A DNA stretch of 63,058 nt, the filler included, from Octopus bimaculoides (lineage: Eukaryota): NCBI RefSeq assembly GCF_001194135.2. It is 6 parts of 6 records of this genome, joined end to end, with 100 filler letters (N's around TTAATTAATTAA, not from the genome) between each part and the next. Parts side by side here need not be neighbours in the genome. Positions count along the whole stretch, not along the records: positions 59,313 to 60,946 come from NC_068997.1; positions 61,047 to 63,058 come from NW_026387462.1; 4 more parts are not named here. One strand, 5' to 3'. The notes beneath the pieces were generated by a model, which was not told the origin of the DNA, ran no database searches, and saw nothing but the letters and a program-made list of their open reading frames with translations. Both the position numbers and the translations under genes were made by a program. Below, piece by piece: positions 59,868 through 63,058 of this stretch; within the stretch, counting starts at the first letter, position 1; the number at the start of each line of letters is the position of its first letter.

Positions 59868-60070
59868 CAGTTATCTTTTATCTTTTACATGTTTCAGTCA
59901 TTACACTGCGGCCATGCGATGGCAACGCCTTGGAGAATTTATTTTTAGTCGAATGAATCAACTACAGCGCTGATCTTCTGTTTTTAAGCCTTGTACTTAT
60001 TCTGTCGGTCTCTGTTTGACCGAACCGCTATGTTACACGGACGTAAACAACCAGCTCCGATTGTCAATCA
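59868..60070 (-). mobile_element. SINE family 2-related 3' half
   Basis: tgtttcagtcatt..actgcggccatg...aagccttgtacttattctgtcggtctc...gccgaaccgctatgttac aligns with 19750-19900. Confidence 0.75.
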
Positions 60071-60891
60071 AAAGCGACTGAATTATATCCACACACAGGC
60101 ATAAACACACACTTGCACGCACTCACACAGGATTACAGTGTTGAAATTTCGAAATTAATTTCAAAATCATCAACAATATTATTTATTATATTTTCTTATT
60201 ATTACCCAACCGCCATAACCGACCAATTACGATGAAGGCAGTCGAAACCACTTCTCTGCGAGACTTCACCTTCTTAACATTAATTCCACCAACAATTCTA
60301 TCGAAACTTAAATTGTTTGGGGAATTTGGGACACAAAAATCAATGGCCAATTTTTTGTTTGTTTTTTGATACTGTGTTGGTTCAAAGATATTTTCTCTCA
60401 TTTGTTTATTTGTTATTTTTATTTTTATTTTTTTTGGCTTGTTACTCGTTTCTTAGTTTTCTGATTTGGTTTACTATAATTTAACTAACAATCTGATTGC
60501 ATGCTAACTAAACAGTCCCAGTTGCATGCTAACAAACAGTCTGATTGCATGTTAACAGTTATAAAAGATAATTGAATACTAGTTTATGACAATAAATAAA
60601 TTAATAAGTTAATGAATTTATAACTATATAAATAAATATATAAAGTGGCATAACGTCGTTATGTTTAAAGAATTTTACATCCATCCATTGCTTTGCGCGC
60701 GCGCACGTGTATATATGTATGTATATGTATATATATATATGTATATGTATATATATTTATATACACGTATGTATATGCATATATATGTACATATATGTGT
60801 CTATATATATGTATATATTTGAATGTATATATGTATATATATGAATGTATATATGTATATATATACATGTATATATGCATGTATATGTATG

Positions 60892-60946
<55 letters not shown>

Positions 60947-62463
60947 NNNNNNNNNNNNNNNNNNNNNNNNNNNNNNNNNNNNNNNNNNNNTTAATTAATT
61001 AANNNNNNNNNNNNNNNNNNNNNNNNNNNNNNNNNNNNNNNNNNNNTATATATATGAATATATATATATATATCAAGAGAGAAAGAGTGTGTTGTTATAT
61101 GCAGATATGTATATGAGTGTATGTATGCGTGTATGCATGCTTGTATGTATGAATGTATGGACACATATGTATGTCTGTATATATATACACGTACCTGCAT
61201 TACATGAACAGTCAACATTTTGCATCCTGTATAGATATACATATACACTATGCACAGATAAAGTCATAACTTTACGTGGTTGTCTGACTCACTAGAAATA
61301 GTAACTAAATATCTGGTAAGCAATACTCAATAAATTATAAAGATAATCTAATTAGATAAAATATTAAGACAGGAATAAAAAAAAAAAAAAAATGATTGTG
61401 TTGGACATGGATAAGGTGACTTTGATAATAACACTGGTTCGTGAGAGCCAACCAAGGGTTAAACAGTAGTATTGATATATGTATGACAAACCAATGTGGT
61501 CAGTCGGCCTGCTAGAAATAACGATGCAGTACCCCTCATATTTCACACTATTGTTTTAGATGAAAGAAGGACATAATAGAAATATAGTTTATTATTGAAG
61601 GAAAAAAAAATAAAAATAAAAAAAATAAATCACAGTGGATGATCATGTTTGCAATGCTTTTGATCAATAAAACTATTCGAAAAAAACATTGACTGAATGA
61701 AAAAAAAAATGTAGGAAATATGAATGGATTGCTATTGCGAAAGATTTCACTCAGTGAACTTGTAAAGAGATATTTTCCTAAATATACCTACCTGCACANN
61801 NNNNNNNNNNNNNNNNNNNNNNNNNNNNNNNNNNNNNNNNNNNNNNNNNNNNNNNNNNNNNNNNNNNNNNNNNNNNNNNNNNNNNNNNNNNNNNNNNNNN
61901 NNNNNNNNNNNNNNNNNNNNNNNNNNNNNNNNNNNNNNNNNNNNNNNNNNNNNNNNNNNNNNNNNNNNNNNNNNNNNNNNNNNNNNNNNNNNNNNNNNNN
62001 NNNNNNNNNNNNNNNNNNNNNNNNNNNNNNNNNNNNNNNNNNNNNNNNNNNNNNNNNNNNNNNNNNNNNNNNNNNNNNNNNNNNNNNNNNNNNNNNNNNN
62101 NNNNNNNNNNNNNNNNNNNNNNNNNNNNNNNNNNNNNNNNNNNNNNNNNNNNNNNNNNNNNNNNNNNNNNNNNNNNNNNNNNNNNNNNNNNNNNNNNNNN
62201 NNNNNNNNNNNNNNNNNNNNNNNNNNNNNNNNNNNNNNNNNNNNNNNNNNNNNNNNNNNNNNNNNNNNNNNNNNNNNNNNNNNNNNNNNNNNNNNNNNNN
62301 NNNNNNNNNNNNNNNNNNNNNNNNNNNNNNNNNNNNNNNNNNNNNNNNNNNNNNNNNNNNNNNNNNNNNNNNNNNNNNNNNNNNNNNNNNNNNNNNNNNN
62401 NNNNNNNNNNNNNNNNNNNNNNNNNNNNNNNNNNNNNNNNNNNNNNNNNNNNNNNNNNNNNNN

Positions 62464-62505
<42 letters not shown>

Positions 62506-63058
62506 TATATAATCCAAAATTAGAAGACAAGAAAAGAGTTTATCACATCCTTAACGACCAGTTACAATTGTTTCTGTACCAACGCTACTTTTAACAACAA
62601 TACTTACATAAGTTCCACGTAAAAAGTCACACAAATATTTGTGGTTTTAAACATTAGAGTGGCACTTTATCAGGTGCGCTGCTACATTGTGCAACTGTCA
62701 ACCCTTCAAGGACCGTAAATATATACGTATATATATATGTATATATGTTTGTATGTATGTATGTATAGATAGATAGATAGAGAGAGAGATATGTATGTAT
62801 ATATGTGTAGCTTATGCATAAGTGCAGGCATACATGTGTGATTAAGGAGTTTCTTGCTAAGCCCCATGGTTTCATGTTGAGTGCCCCAGCTCTGCCATTT
62901 GGAAATTGGAAAAATATTTTCTTTCACAGTCCTGGTGAGACTAATGCCATGAGGGAATTCAGAAGACAGAAACACCATTCTCTCTCTCTTTTTCTCTCTC
63001 TCTCTCCCTCTTTCTATCTATCTGACCATATATGTGTGTATATATATATATATATATA

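Overview
AT-rich animal nuclear DNA, most likely octopus or another coleoid cephalopod (inferred from SINE families recognised from memory and extreme microsatellite density; not database-checked). No host protein-coding gene, intact ORF, structural RNA gene or CRISPR array is supported; the window looks intergenic or intronic. It is a layered transposon graveyard: about 20 fragments of tRNA-derived SINEs from several families, DD34D mariner relics (two closely Hsmar1-like), four DD37D/maT relics, RTE and R4/Dong LINE fragments, Helitron relics, a hAT element with internal inverted repeats, two MITEs, and a 23-bp minisatellite with a 69-bp higher-order repeat. Most ORF-track entries are microsatellite or gap artefacts. 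The most interesting signal is five hammerhead-ribozyme-like motifs in four different repeat families. One of them (49280-49527, minus) is the 3' part of a tRNA-headed SINE, a candidate Pol III SINE/retrozyme that may be mobilised by Penelope-like elements. All five motifs depart from the canonical fold, so activity is untested. Five 100-bp N44-TTAATTAATTAA-N44 spacers are assembly linkers, so adjacency across them is uncertain.
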